DNA of 64,000 nt from Cyanophora paradoxa CCMP329 (taxonomy: Eukaryota > Plantae > Glaucophyta). Under the pieces are notes generated by a model. It was not told where the DNA came from. It made no database searches and was given only the letters and a program-made list of their open reading frames with translations. A program made the translations under genes and the position numbers. Below are positions 52,537 through 64,000 of the stretch, in pieces. The stretch covers positions 62,001 through 126,000 of the forward strand of contig QPMI01000084.1 of assembly GCA_004431415.1 (NCBI GenBank), written 5' to 3'. Position 1 is the first letter of the stretch; the number at the start of each line of letters is the position of its first letter.

Positions 52537-52826
52537 GGGTACCTGTCCACGCGCATGCATTATAATGCATTATAATTATATAATTATATTTATTATAACA
52601 CACGCGCATATTATATATATATAATTATACATGTATATATATAAACTATATAACAAGGATATAAATTAACTATACGTACATGCATTTATATAATAAAGAA
52701 TAAAGATAATATTAAACAATAAGCATATATATATAATTGCATGCATTGCTTGCATGCGGCGCAGCCGGCTGGCGGCCAGGCCATGGCCAGCTAAGACCGT
52801 CTCACGGATCGAGCTTATGTCACAAC

Positions 52827-52962
52827 CATTATAAGTCATGATGGAATCTTTTAACAACCATTGACCATCATTATGACATCATAGAATCTTTTAACAATCA
52901 TTAATCGTCATTATGACATCATAGAATCTTTTGACAATCATTAATCGTCATTATGACATCAT
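52827..52962. repeat. Tandem array E: ~3.3 x 40 bp, AT-rich, near the Helitron 5' end
   Basis: CATTATGACATCATAGAATCTTTTRACAATCATTAATCGT with a period of 40. Confidence 0.9.
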
Positions 52963-53129
52963 GCGGAGCTTTAACAGGAATTCATAATATACCTAATACC
53001 CAAACCTCGAGAGGAACCTCGATTTACGGATCACTAGTCGGCAGTAGAGCCTCTGGTCTCTTCTTCCCTTCGGTCAGAATTGAGACCAGAGGCTGATAGC
53101 GCGAGCGCTAGCTAGGCCTAGTATAGGCC

Positions 53130-54010
53130 CTAGGTCCGGTCCGGGCCCCGGGGCCTCCGGGCCGTCCGGGACTCCCCTGGCAGTGTTATACTAGCATAGC
53201 GCGCCCGCCGCCCGGGCGGTCGGCGGCGCTCGGCCGCGGCGCCCGGCGCTCCAGCGCCTTGCACGGGTCCGATGGTCCGGGGCCCTCCGGGCAGTCCGAC
53301 GGTCTCGCAGCTGGAACCTCGTCGCCAACCGCGGCGCCGGCGCCGTCGCTCATGATCAGATCCAGCGTCTGCGGGCGCGCCCGCGAGGCGGACGAGCCGC
53401 GCGACCGCGCGCGCGCGGGCTGCTTCGAATTCGCCGAACGCTGCGACGCGGGCGATCCGGCTGCCTCCTCGGCCGGACGCACACCTGGCCGCGACAGTCG
53501 CGAAGACCGAGGCTGCCAGAAGAGTCGGACCGAGGCTGCGACGTCGACTGCTCCTGCGGCGACTGCTGCGGCTGCCGCGGCGGCGGCGGCGGAGGGCCGA
53601 AAGGAGCACCAGAGCCGAAGTTAAACTGCTGCATCATCCGATGATCGCCGCAGGCGCGGCAGGCCCGAAACCGAAGCCCGCGGACTGCCCGAACTGCGCC
53701 ATCGGCGAGTTCAATACCGGCGGGCCGAACGTCGGAGGCAGACCGAAATGCGAAAAGCACCACGACGACTGCGGCGCCTGCTGATTCACGAACATAGAAC
53801 ATTGATACATGTGCCGTGATGTATCAATGCGACGTCCACTATTGCAAAACAAAATGCTGATTCACGAATACCTGCTGCGGCGGCGCCGTGCACGTGCTGC
53901 AGCCTGCATCATGGCCCAGTGGCATGCGCAGGATCGAGCAGGAGGGTTGCACGCGCTGCAGCTGTACGTCACGAATGATCAGGTGGCTGCAGGCTGCGGG
54001 CCGAATACTA
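53130..54010 (-). CDS. Possible spliced low-complexity (Pro/Gln/Gly-rich) gene or fragment of unknown function
   Basis: Exon-like GC-rich segments (YSCSACNPPARSCACHW; FGLPPTFGPP...MMQQFNFGSGAPFGPPPPPP) between AT-richer intron-like stretches. No recognised domain. Confidence 0.25.
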
Positions 54011-54764
54011 TGATAAATGAATTTCGAAGCACAATAAGGGGAAGCTCTGCCAGAAGAGCGCATGCACATGCATGGACCCACATACATGCAGCAGCTGCAG
54101 CCCGGCAGGAGCCGGGAGCGGACTAGCGAATTCGAACCGAGTTATATAATTAGCGGAAATGTGCGCATGCATATATATGCAACACGAAATTATAATTAGC
54201 AGGGTCGTAGTTTAGTTTTTCATCGTCATCATGATCATGAATATTAATTATAATGCATGCGCAGGTACTGGTCACGCACCGGGTGGTAACGGTGTCGGCG
54301 GGCCGGGGAGGAATTTTCGGAAACAATATGCGCAAAGCGCTGCGCATGTAGGTCGAGTGGCTTTCAGAGTTTCAGTCCTATTTTATATGCAAGAAACAGC
54401 AGGTGAGGTATTCTATGTACATGAGAAAGGATCCGATCCGGGTTCCAAATAAAAGGTCCGATCGAAGTACTAGGCTATATATCTCATGCTTTTTTGGCTC
54501 CTGACTGGAGCTCAAAAGAATGTTATAATCTAAATGAACTACAGGCTCCGAACTGGAGCGTGAACACGAAAGAGGCAATAGTTTTACTCTAACTAGATGA
54601 AGCTCCGAGCTGGAGCACGAACGTGCACACGCACACGAGAAACTACGTTGACTACAAGTTTTCTGGAGGGCGAAGTAGGTCCCTAGGCCGCAGCACGGGC
54701 TCTAGCTGTAGGTACCCCTCCGGATCCCGCCATCGGGTCCCGACTGGACCAGCGGGCCGGGATA

Positions 54765-57700
54765 TTAGTAGAGCATGGGCTCGGTGGCGGTCGCGTTGAT
54801 AATGCCCCTGAATGAAACGAGTTAGATGAAGCGAAAGCGTGATATTCTGGCCCTAGATCTATATACATCACACGAAGTCAAGACATATATATCCGTCGCG
54901 ATCGCACCAGGCGCCCTGGAGGAGGTCCCAGTTCTGGACAGGCGACATGTAGTAGTAGCTCTCCCGCGCGTTGCCCGTCTGCGGCCGCGCGCGGAACGAG
55001 GCGAAATGAACGGTCAGACCGCGGCGGATTCGGAGCTCGAATGGATGCATCTATGTGAACGAAGTGGCGCGCCGAGGGGAAGGGGTTGAAGGGGAAGATG
55101 GAGTTGGCGACGCCCGGGGTGAGTCCGCCCGTGGTCGCCTGGGCCTCCGCGTTGTCGTTCTTCACGAAGTCAGAGCGCCAGTATATTCCTGCGCATTCGT
55201 TCGAAGCGCGCGGTCAAGACCGGACGAGAAATGAAATCAAGGCTCTCCTGAATCCGAGAACTGGCAGGTTCCGATCGCTCCTCACATAACGCTACTATCG
55301 GATCTAATTAAATTTTACAATTGGTGCCGGCGCACCCTCGACCTTGATGGCCATCTGGCGCTCCGCGGAGCCCGGCACCGCGTTGCGGATGTACAGGTGG
55401 GATCCCTGCGGCGAAAGATTAGTTGCACTCGAGATCTCGAAGCCGAGCGAGGGACCGATCGCGAGAGCTCTGGACCTGGGGCACGAGGCAGAGGGGCGTG
55501 GAGGGGAGGTTCCGCCCGTTCGACGTGTCGCCGTCAAGGAAGAAGAGGGACTCCTGCGCGGCGCGGCGGTCAGGACGCGCAACAGGAATTCGAAGCTTTA
55601 CGCGGGGCTAAGGCGAGGTTCGACGCACGCGGCGGTAGTTGGCGGCGCGGATGCGGTTCCTCATGTTCTCCGAGGCGTACCCGAAGCCCTTCTCGCCTGC
55701 CGCGCTCGAGGTCAATAATATTTTGCGCGATGAACTCGGCGTGGGAAAGACGCGCGCGGACCGTGGTCGCCGAAGTCGACCTCGATGGGGAGCTTGATCT
55801 TGCGGTGCCACTTGTCCACCAGCGAGAGCCCGTTCACCGAGATCAGCACGCACTCTGCGCGCGCCCGCCCCGCGTGAAGTCAGATCGAATTCGATCCCGT
55901 AACTGCAGCTGGCCCGGATCCATGTCTAGATCTCGCGGGGGAAGCTGCCGCACCGTAGAACGACTTCGTGGCTCCGCCGCAACTGAGGGGGGTCGGGGGG
56001 GAGGAGCCTTCCAGCACCGGCGGATCCTCCGGGCCCCTGCGAGCGAGCGCGCAAGTTCAATCCGTGCGAGAACTCTCCTTAGAGATGTAATTTCTGCGGG
56101 CTCACGGGTTGCACGCCGGGTAGGTGACCTGCGAGGCGCGAGAGACACACATAGAATGAGCCGATCGCGAGAGATGCCTGAGACGGGCGGCGCCGCGTTG
56201 GACGGCCGCGCCGGCGCCCGCGGACCTTGACGGAGTGGCGGCCCTTGAGGCCGTCCAGCGTCGACTGGACGACGGCGCCCCGCGGCTCCACCACGATCGC
56301 CCCGATCGCCCCGTGGTACGCCTTGTTGATCTGCGCAGCCGACGCGGGCGCGCATGCAAGCAGTCGAGTTCAGCTCAAACGCTTGATATAGAGGCTCTGA
56401 TATCATCATGTAGCGTCGATTGCGCACGTAGTCGGACATGTCGTGGAGGGTTCCGACCCCCTGGTGCGTCGCCCTCCACACGTACGTGATCTGCCGTCGC
56501 GAATTCGAAGGATTTTCCGAGTTACAAACAAGGGTGTTAATCTGTTTATTATTATTCAGAGCTTCGCACCCGGTAGAAGGGGGCGATGCTCTGGACGGGG
56601 TTGTAGCCGACGGTGTAGCCGTCGCTGTGGAGCAGGTCGTAGCTGACCAGCGTGGCGTGCAGGCCGATCTGCTTGGAGGGCGGGATCTGCCCGATGCTCC
56701 ACGCCGGCAGGCCTGCAGACGCCAGCGGGGAGCAGTGAGCGGGGAAGGGAAGTAGTCACCGGCGGCGCGGGCGTGCCGGGGTAATCCTCGCGCGGGGCCA
56801 GCGTCTGGGTGAGGCGGTTGACAAGCTCGACCTCAATGCAGTCGCCCTGCGCATGCAGAGCGCGCTCGGTTAGGGCAGTGAAGGGTTAAGCGAAAGAGGG
56901 CGCGGCGCGCCTGGTTGGCGCGGAGGATGAGGGGCTGGACGAGGCGGCGGCGGCTGGCCTCGGCGGTCGACACGCGGATGTACTCCTTGTAGAGCTGCGT
57001 CTCGACGCCGTCCACCGTCTCCAGCATGTACCAGATCCCGTTCGGGTCGTGGTCCCCTGCGCGCCCGAGCTCGTGAGTGCTGGATCCGGAGGGGGCGAAG
57101 GCGAGCTGGATGCTTCGCGGACCGTAGTCGTTGAAGATGATGTCCGCGTGGCGGGCGGAGACGCGGAACCGGCGGATCGGGCTGGTCCCGTCGCACTGCG
57201 AGAACGAGTTAACGTCCGGCTGTTTCGATATACAGAGTCGCGCCACATCGACGTCCAGATCGAAATCCCGCACCCTTGCAGAGGAGCGCGTGTTCTTGGC
57301 CGGGCATTCCCCGTGTTTGACGTACGGGTCGTTGCGCAGGAAGTTCCTGTGAATGACGGGCTGCTCGCGGGGATCCGGGCAGGTGAAATCAGGAAACGAC
57401 TTCGAAATGGTTGGATCGGCGGTGAGGTTTAATTTGCGGTCGCACGGCGAGATCGGTCGCGTTTGTGCCGTAGACGCCTGCGCAAATCCAAGGCTTACTC
57501 GAGCACAATTGCCGTTTCTCTCTCCATGCAGAAATCAAAGAGCGCACGGATGATGCCCCAGACGCCGAGCCAGAGGGCGTCGACGGCCTTCTGGGCGTAC
57601 ATCACATCGTAGTCGCGCGTGCCCGGGTTCGTCACGCGGAACTCCCCCGTGTTGGTCAGGCTGACGCCCAGCGGGAACGTCTGCGCGATGGGCGACTTCG

Positions 57701-60700
57701 GGTTGCGCCGCTCAATGTGCCACGGGAAGCGATTGATGCTGAGGCCGTGCATCTCCTCGTGCGATCCGGCGATTACGTGCACTCGGACTTTGTCGCCGTT
57801 GTACGCCTTAAAGAGCGGCGTGTCCGGGTCGCCGTGCACGCAGGACGAGAAGGCCAGCGCGGTGTCGAACGAGCCGCCGGTGCGCTGCTCCAGCGGGGCC
57901 GTGCGGTACGAGACCTCCTTCACGCCGGGGTCGCCCTCGAAGTTGTGGTAGCCCTGCTCGTTGATGGGCTTCTGCATCCGGTCGAACGCGTAGCGGAAGT
58001 CGAGCACGCCCATCACGAACTCCCGAAAGTTCTCGCCCTGGATGGTCTGCGGGCCGGGGCGAACGAAAGCTTGAGCTTGAATATCGATGACGAACTTCGC
58101 GATCCAAGAACATATCCACGCATGCGGCGCACCACGTTCGGGTTGCGGATGATGACCTGGGCCCCGACGGCGGGGTAGGGCATCAGGGCGCCCGAGGCGC
58201 TGTCGTGGACGGTCGAGTCCTCGTGCTCCACGATGAGGCCGCCGTACAGCCCGTGCTGCTGCTGCGCGTTCGCCGCTGCGCAAGCGCACGGATGAGTCGG
58301 GACCTCGAGCCGCAAGCAGTCGTATACGCTGCTACACAGCTGCAGAAGCAGGTGCGAGCGCTAGCTCGCACCAAGGTGGTCGTGGAAGAAGCAGTAGTCG
58401 AACTGCTCGTTGGCGTACCAGACGAAGGTGGCCTGGCGGTTTGTGAAGACGCCCGTGTGGTAGTTCCACCTGGGGAATCGGAGCGTGAGTGAAGGGGGAT
58501 TCTACCAGAAAGGTTCACTGGCGACCGACCCGTTGTGGCCCGAGTCGGACGACTGCGGATCGAACTTGACCAGGTGCACGTGCGTTGCCGAGTACGCCCT
58601 GCGCGGCGGCTGGCCATGGGCTGCGAGTTCTTGCCTCAAAATGTGTGCCAAGCGCGCACGTGATGGTTAGAGGCTGGAAGTAGGTGCCTCCGATAGTCGG
58701 CGGCAGCCTGATTGCAAGCGTTAGAGCGGCAGTGTCCACTTCCCAGCGCGTCGGCAAGCGCACAGATTAGTGAACTCGATGACGATGCAGGTCTTTGCTG
58801 TGGCGCGGAAGAAGAATGGCTCGGGTTTGCGCTGCGCGCATTGCGTTTTCGAAACCAATTCAACGCATGCCGCAATGATGCATTTTGTATAGTAAATTTA
58901 ATAAATACCTTGCCCGAGAGGTAGTCGGCCGCGTCCTCTGCGCGAACGTACATGCGGCCCTGCGGATCGTACCTGCGCGAGCGGGCGTTATAGTTATATC
59001 GGCTTCACGATTCGCTTCCCGTCCATCCGCACCATCCATACGTGTTCAGATCTGCGCGTTTGCATGACTTAATCAGAAACTTCTAAGCATACATCACCGA
59101 AATGGCCCAGCTCTCACCGGTTTTGACCTGAATGGCCACGATGCTAATGTTCATCTCCTTCGCTCCGATGGGGCACTGCGACACATTCAGCGAATTAAAA
59201 CCGGGAGCTCTCGACATGCAGCGCATGCACCGGATTATTGAACCAGGCGCCAGGGCGGGCGCGCGGATCAAGCGCGTTCTTCTCCAGCGGCTCGGGAACG
59301 CGTCCTTAGGAAGGGGATCAGCGCGAATTCAGATTCGATTAAATTGTAAACATGAAATTTACCGAGGTAAGAGTCGAGAGGGTAGAAACCAGGGGGCTTC
59401 GGAGCGCTAGGACGCGGGAAGGGGAACGGGGTGCCGTCGTTCTGCAGTGAGAAGACCGGCTTATGGTCCGATCCGATGCCGCGCGGAACGGGAATGTAGT
59501 GGGGCCAGCCGGGCTTGTTCGGAGTGGGCCGCAGGGCTCTGCGGTACGTGGATTAGAATGCATTCGGAGCGGGCGAAAGTGAACATTCGAATATTAATTT
59601 ATGCTTCGCGCACTCCTTGTTGAGCGGCTTGTTCTCGAAGTCGGTGGGCAGCGGGATGAGGCGGCGGACAGGGGTCCCGTCGGGGTAGAGCCGCGATCCG
59701 TCCTCGAGGCGGTCGAAGGCGCGGAAGAGGCCCCACATGCCCGCCCCGAAGTGGGGGTACAGGTGCTGCGCGCGCGGCGCGTTCGTTCGAGGCTCTGGCG
59801 GCGGCGCCGGCGGCATGGGGGCCGTGCGCGGCGGGCGCGGGCGCGCACGCAGTGGTAGATGGCGTCGCCGGCGGCGCGGTTGACGGAGCCGGCGCCGTTG
59901 ATGGGCTCCACGAGGTAGCTCGCGTGCGGCGCGATGATCTGGCTGTCCACAATCTGCGAACGAAGATTAATTAGTAGTAGTTAAATACTTTAGTAGTTTA
60001 GTTATTCGCTGCCTTCGCAAGCTCGCACCTTGCTCAACTCGTCTCTCGGATTGCGGCGCCACTGAGATGTGGCGTGATCATGAGTACTCAGATAATTGAA
60101 ATGCGCATTTCAAAAAGTACGCGTGCCTGGTACTGGTGTAGATGGAACACGTGGGTCTCCTTCACGCCAGCGTCGATAACCCAGACGCGGCTGCGTTCGG
60201 GCATCAGTTTTGTCAGTTCTGGAATAATGGAAGCACGCATGCGCGCCTCGCGTCGCCGATGTAGTGGCGCAGGATGGGCGTGGCGGGGTCGCCGTGGCGC
60301 CACGAGCTGTGCATGCAGTCCTCGTCCGTGCATTTCAGCTCTGCACGCGGGCGCAGGACAACGCGGCTCGGGGTTAACGACACGAACTGTTCGACGCGCT
60401 GCGTTAACGTTCCCGCACCGTCGCAGTAGCCGCCCTCGAGGCAGTCGGTGGAGTGGCGCGTCATGTGCGGCTCCGCGCGGTAGTTGATGGCGTGGATCGC
60501 GTGCTGCGGCGCGGGCGTCAGGCTGTGGCCACGGGCGGTGGAGACTGCAGGGAACGTCATTGATCGCGGACCACTTCGAGGGTCTGCTCGTTGGGGTGGA
60601 TGAGCCCGTGCATGATCTGGTAGTCGAAGAGGGTCGGCCCTGCCTTGCCCGGCTCGTTCCTCTCGTTGAACCTGGGAGAGCAATCTCGCGCTCGCGCGGC

Positions 60701-63543
60701 AAAGTAAAGTAAAAGCATCTGAGCCGGCTCGAGCGCACATGACGTGGGGGTACGCGCGGTTGGTGTCGTGAAGGCGGAACTGGATGATGCGGCCCTTGGG
60801 CGAGAGCGAGAAGATGTCGTCGAGCTTCTCGTAGCAGTAGTTGTTCTCTGGCCGGTCGACGAGCTGCAGATAGCCGTCGACCTCCGCGTACGTGTCCGGC
60901 GTGATCTCCCCTGGAACCGCCTTGTATCTACGTGCGCGTGTGCGTATACACGAAATCGTTGCGTAAGCTGAACTCAAAAGGCCTTTACAGACAGGAATCG
61001 CTCGTTTATTGTTTCGCGATCACCTTAAAGCGGAGACGCGCTCCAGGGTGCAGACGGCGTCGGCCTTCTCGTACGTCCCCTCGGTGACGGTGAGCTGGAG
61101 GTACTGGATTTGAAGGGAGCGTGAGTAATCTCAGAGTACACGTAATTGGCCGATATCGTCTATTGCGAGCAGCGTTCTACACACATCCGTGAGGTTCGCG
61201 CCGTTCTCAGCCGTGAAGATGATATCGAACTCGAAGCTCCGGGCGCCGACGTCAGGCCCCACGCTCCATGTGAAGTTGGCATCGTAGTTCAGCCGACCCC
61301 GAACCGTGGGCCTGCGAAAGAGATCAAACGGTGACTGCCTTGGAGAACTCCAACTAGTACTAAGAGCGCGCACGCCAGCTGGAACTGGCCGCTGTGCGCG
61401 CCATACTCGCCCTCCTTAAGCTGACCGTATCACATGCATCAGCCATTATAATGTAATGCTCGCTTCCAACGCAAGCGAACAGCCGACCTGGAACCTGAAC
61501 GGCTCCGTGCCCTCGGCGAGCGGCTCTCCTCCGTGGCCGTGGTCTCCGTGCATGGACGCGTGCAGCTCGGGGGGCGCCGGGCCCACGAAGTGCGGCATCA
61601 TGGTCTGAGGGAGCCGCGGTCAAGCTCCGCCCGAAGGCTCGAGCTCTAAGGACTCCCTGGGCTCGAAATCTCGCATAATTACCTCGGCCTCGTCGTGGAA
61701 GAAGGTGGCGTGCTCGCGGTACGACTTGGCGTACACGGGGCTCTCGTTGCTCGACTCCGGGCTCTTGCAGAGCTGCGAGGCGGCAGAGCAGAGCAGACAC
61801 ACACGCGCGTGTGAGCCGCCGGCCGAGCACCCGATCTTATATATGCAGGTGAATCCGAGCGCACCACATCGACGTGCGTGCCCTTGTCGACGGGCTTGCC
61901 GGTGATGGGGCTCCGCCAGAAACAGTTCTCCGGCTCCACAATAATGCCGCCGAAGAGGCCTGCAGCGCACGCACAGTTAACCGAGGCTGTAACATCAACT
62001 GGTCAGAGCCGCGGACCGCGGCGGACGGAGTTCGTCTTAACGGGGCCGGACGGGGGCGGCGGGGGCGCCGCCTCCTCCATGGACCCGTCCGTGACCAGCT
62101 GCCCCGCGTGCACGTGCCCCGCCGCCTCCGCCGCCGCCGCCGCCTCCAAGCCGCTGTAATCTGATGGCCGCCAGAATGAATCACACTGAACGAGAACTGA
62201 GCGCAGTGCTCATGATCAGGGCAACATCGGACCGTCGACGGGAAGGGCCATGTCGTGGAAGCTGCACGCGCGGGCACAAATGTAATCAAAATAGTAATTG
62301 AAAATATTTAACGTCTAGATCTTTTTCAATATATATAGCTGTCAGGGGTTGCGCACCTGAAGGCTCCCTCCCGCTCGCAGTGGACGACGTACTCGACGGT
62401 CTCGTCCTTCGCCGCGAAGGCGCGCGGGTCGAAGTTCTCGTACACATCCTCCTGCCCGGTGACCGCGTTCTTCTTCTTCGTCTGGTACGGGAGGCCCTGC
62501 ACGCAGACAATAAGAGGCTAGTGTACGTATCTCGAAGCCCGGCCCGGCCCAATCCAGGAATCGAAACTCACGGAAATCATGATGCCGACGTATTCCTGCT
62601 GGTTTTCTGGGTTGAGCTCGGTGTTGGTGATGTTGTGGGTCATGCGGATGTGCAGCGTGGTCCCCTTCGTGCACCGCAGCGTCATCGGCTCGATCCCCTG
62701 CGCACAAAGTCAGGGCTTCAACTCGCGCATGCGCAGGAGCGCAGGGGCCGAGGCGCACCTCGACCGGCTCTCTGGTCTTCTGAGCCTTTTCCTTGAGGCT
62801 CCATGCCTCGTCCTTGAGCAAGAAGACTTTCCCTGCGCAAAGAAAATTGTCAGGGAATCCCGGAATCGCAGAGTACAGATCCGCCGTTTACAAAACCGCG
62901 CGCACCGCCGTGGTCGTGGATGCCGGAGACCTCGACGACGTTCCCGGCCGCGTCGCGCCGGACGACGCGGTTGTAGTACACGTACACGTTGATCGCCACG
63001 ATGTCTGCATGGGCACGAAACATATAAATGCAAGTCCGAAGAAGGATATATAGGACAGTGGCCACACCGATCGTGGTGTTCGGCGCGACGAAGGGCGGGT
63101 TGATCTTCTCCAGCAGGTCGGTCGTGCTGTAGTACGAGTCCAGCGAGTTGTCGACCGCGGGCGGCTGGTACTGCAAAAGCGAACGGCCGTGGGTCGACGT
63201 CGATGCCGCGACGCCTGTCAAACCGCGCGCATGAGTTCTGCGCGCGCGCAAGGCGACTCGCGCAGATCTAGCTATAGAGCTCGCTGCAGCACGCTGGGCG
63301 CACCGAAGCTCGACGCATCGACAGCGCCCGGATAAACTGCGCGTGGACCGGTGTCAGGTGCGGCTGACATGAGCACGCATGCCTAGGCCTAGGGCCCCGG
63401 CGGGAGCCGCTTTTCGGACTTGCGCGCGCGTGCGCACCTTTGACGGACGGAGCAGCCGCACTGGCGCACGCCGCAATTCCCAGCGCCAGAACCGCCAGAG
63501 CGCACAGCGCGCTCAGCGGCCGACGCCGCTGACCCCGATGCAT
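54765..63543 (-). CDS. Large secreted multicopper oxidase of the bacterial MnxG (manganese oxidase) type, spliced
   Basis: Signal peptide (LCALAVLALGIAACASA). Motifs in MnxG order: GLFGGIIVEP, YREHATFFHDEAE, HAINYRAEP, HSSWRHGDPATP, KETHVFHLH, GDAIYHCHLYPHFGAGMWG, DGSRLYPDGTP, HVHLVKFD, FFHDH, QQHGLYGGLIVE, GDPDTPLFKAYNGD, DYGDHDPNG...VQPLILRANQGDCIEV, WDLLQGAWGII. ATG at 63543, TAA at 54765. Confidence 0.88.
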
Positions 63544-64000
63544 TCCGGCACCGCCGCTTGCGAACGAACGCCCTGCGCGTGCGACGCAACTTAGATTCGT
63601 CCGATGCGCAGTCTTCATGATCAGATGGCAGAGAGCGCGGCATTCGCGCCTCAGCAAAGCTGGCTATAGGGCGGACGAGCCTGGCAGGCGGTAGCTAGAG
63701 CGAAAGCACGCACCGAACTAAAGAATGAGCGCTAGGAGCCAGCGGCGAGGACCTGGACCACTTGGCCGGACCGCGAACCGGTTTTCGCTTGATCAGAGCT
63801 CGAGGCGGAGGTTTATTGAGGGCGGACAACCGGTTCGAAACGGCACGTGCGCACGCGCGCGTAACGGCGCACGTGCAAATGATCAGGTCACCAATCGCGG
63901 TGACCGTCGGACTCGGTCGACGTCTGAAGTGTTCATTGATGAGCGTACATGATGACATGCATATGCATCATCTCGATCATGATTACGCTCACCGGATCCG

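Larger units (their letters stand above)
33748..53096 (-). mobile_element. Helitron2/Helentron-type rolling-circle transposon, apparently complete (~19.3 kb)
   Basis: Perfect 13-bp inverted match CAGCCTCTGGTCT (33770-33782) / AGACCAGAGGCTG (53083-53095). The 5' end (minus strand) folds with an internal copy at 53048-53060. The 3' end has a short palindrome CTGCCCC-G-GGGGCAG (33753-33767) just outside the subTIR, followed by TTT. No TSD. RepHel gene inside. Confidence 0.9.

Noticed and set aside
44461-52962. CRISPR-like array
   Set aside because: Units are head-to-tail without unique spacers, are far too long, and there are no cas genes.

Overview
Genomic DNA of a GC-rich, intron-rich unicellular eukaryote; the species cannot be assigned from sequence alone. 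Left to right: (1) 1-~7.1 kb, the AT-rich right end of an endogenous virus-like element (Polinton-like/virophage/giant-virus type by inference), with intronless fibre-like genes, a C1q-tip gene plus a phage-type partner ORF, and three palindromic GGGTGGGG/CCCCACCC blocks. (2) 8.5-20.5 kb, two tandem paralogous spliced genes built from repeated AP2-like DNA-binding modules. (3) ~21-22.8 kb, an F-box gene. (4) 24.4-33.2 kb (-), a TmcB/TmcC-like polytopic membrane protein gene. (5) 33.75-53.1 kb (-), an apparently complete 19.3-kb Helitron2/Helentron-type rolling-circle transposon (Rep-PIF1 helicase-OTU, 13-bp asymmetric subterminal inverted repeats) with five internal tandem arrays and a nested 5'-truncated retroelement. 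(6) 54.8-63.5 kb (-), a spliced, signal-peptide-bearing MnxG-like multicopper oxidase. The most unusual signal is a recurrent mutation seen by comparing repeat copies and paralogs: a 3-mer XYZ becomes XYZ-revcomp(XYZ)-XYZ. This +6 bp micro inverted triplication preserves reading frame and may account for the many short palindromes in the host DNA. All family assignments come from motif recognition, not database searches.
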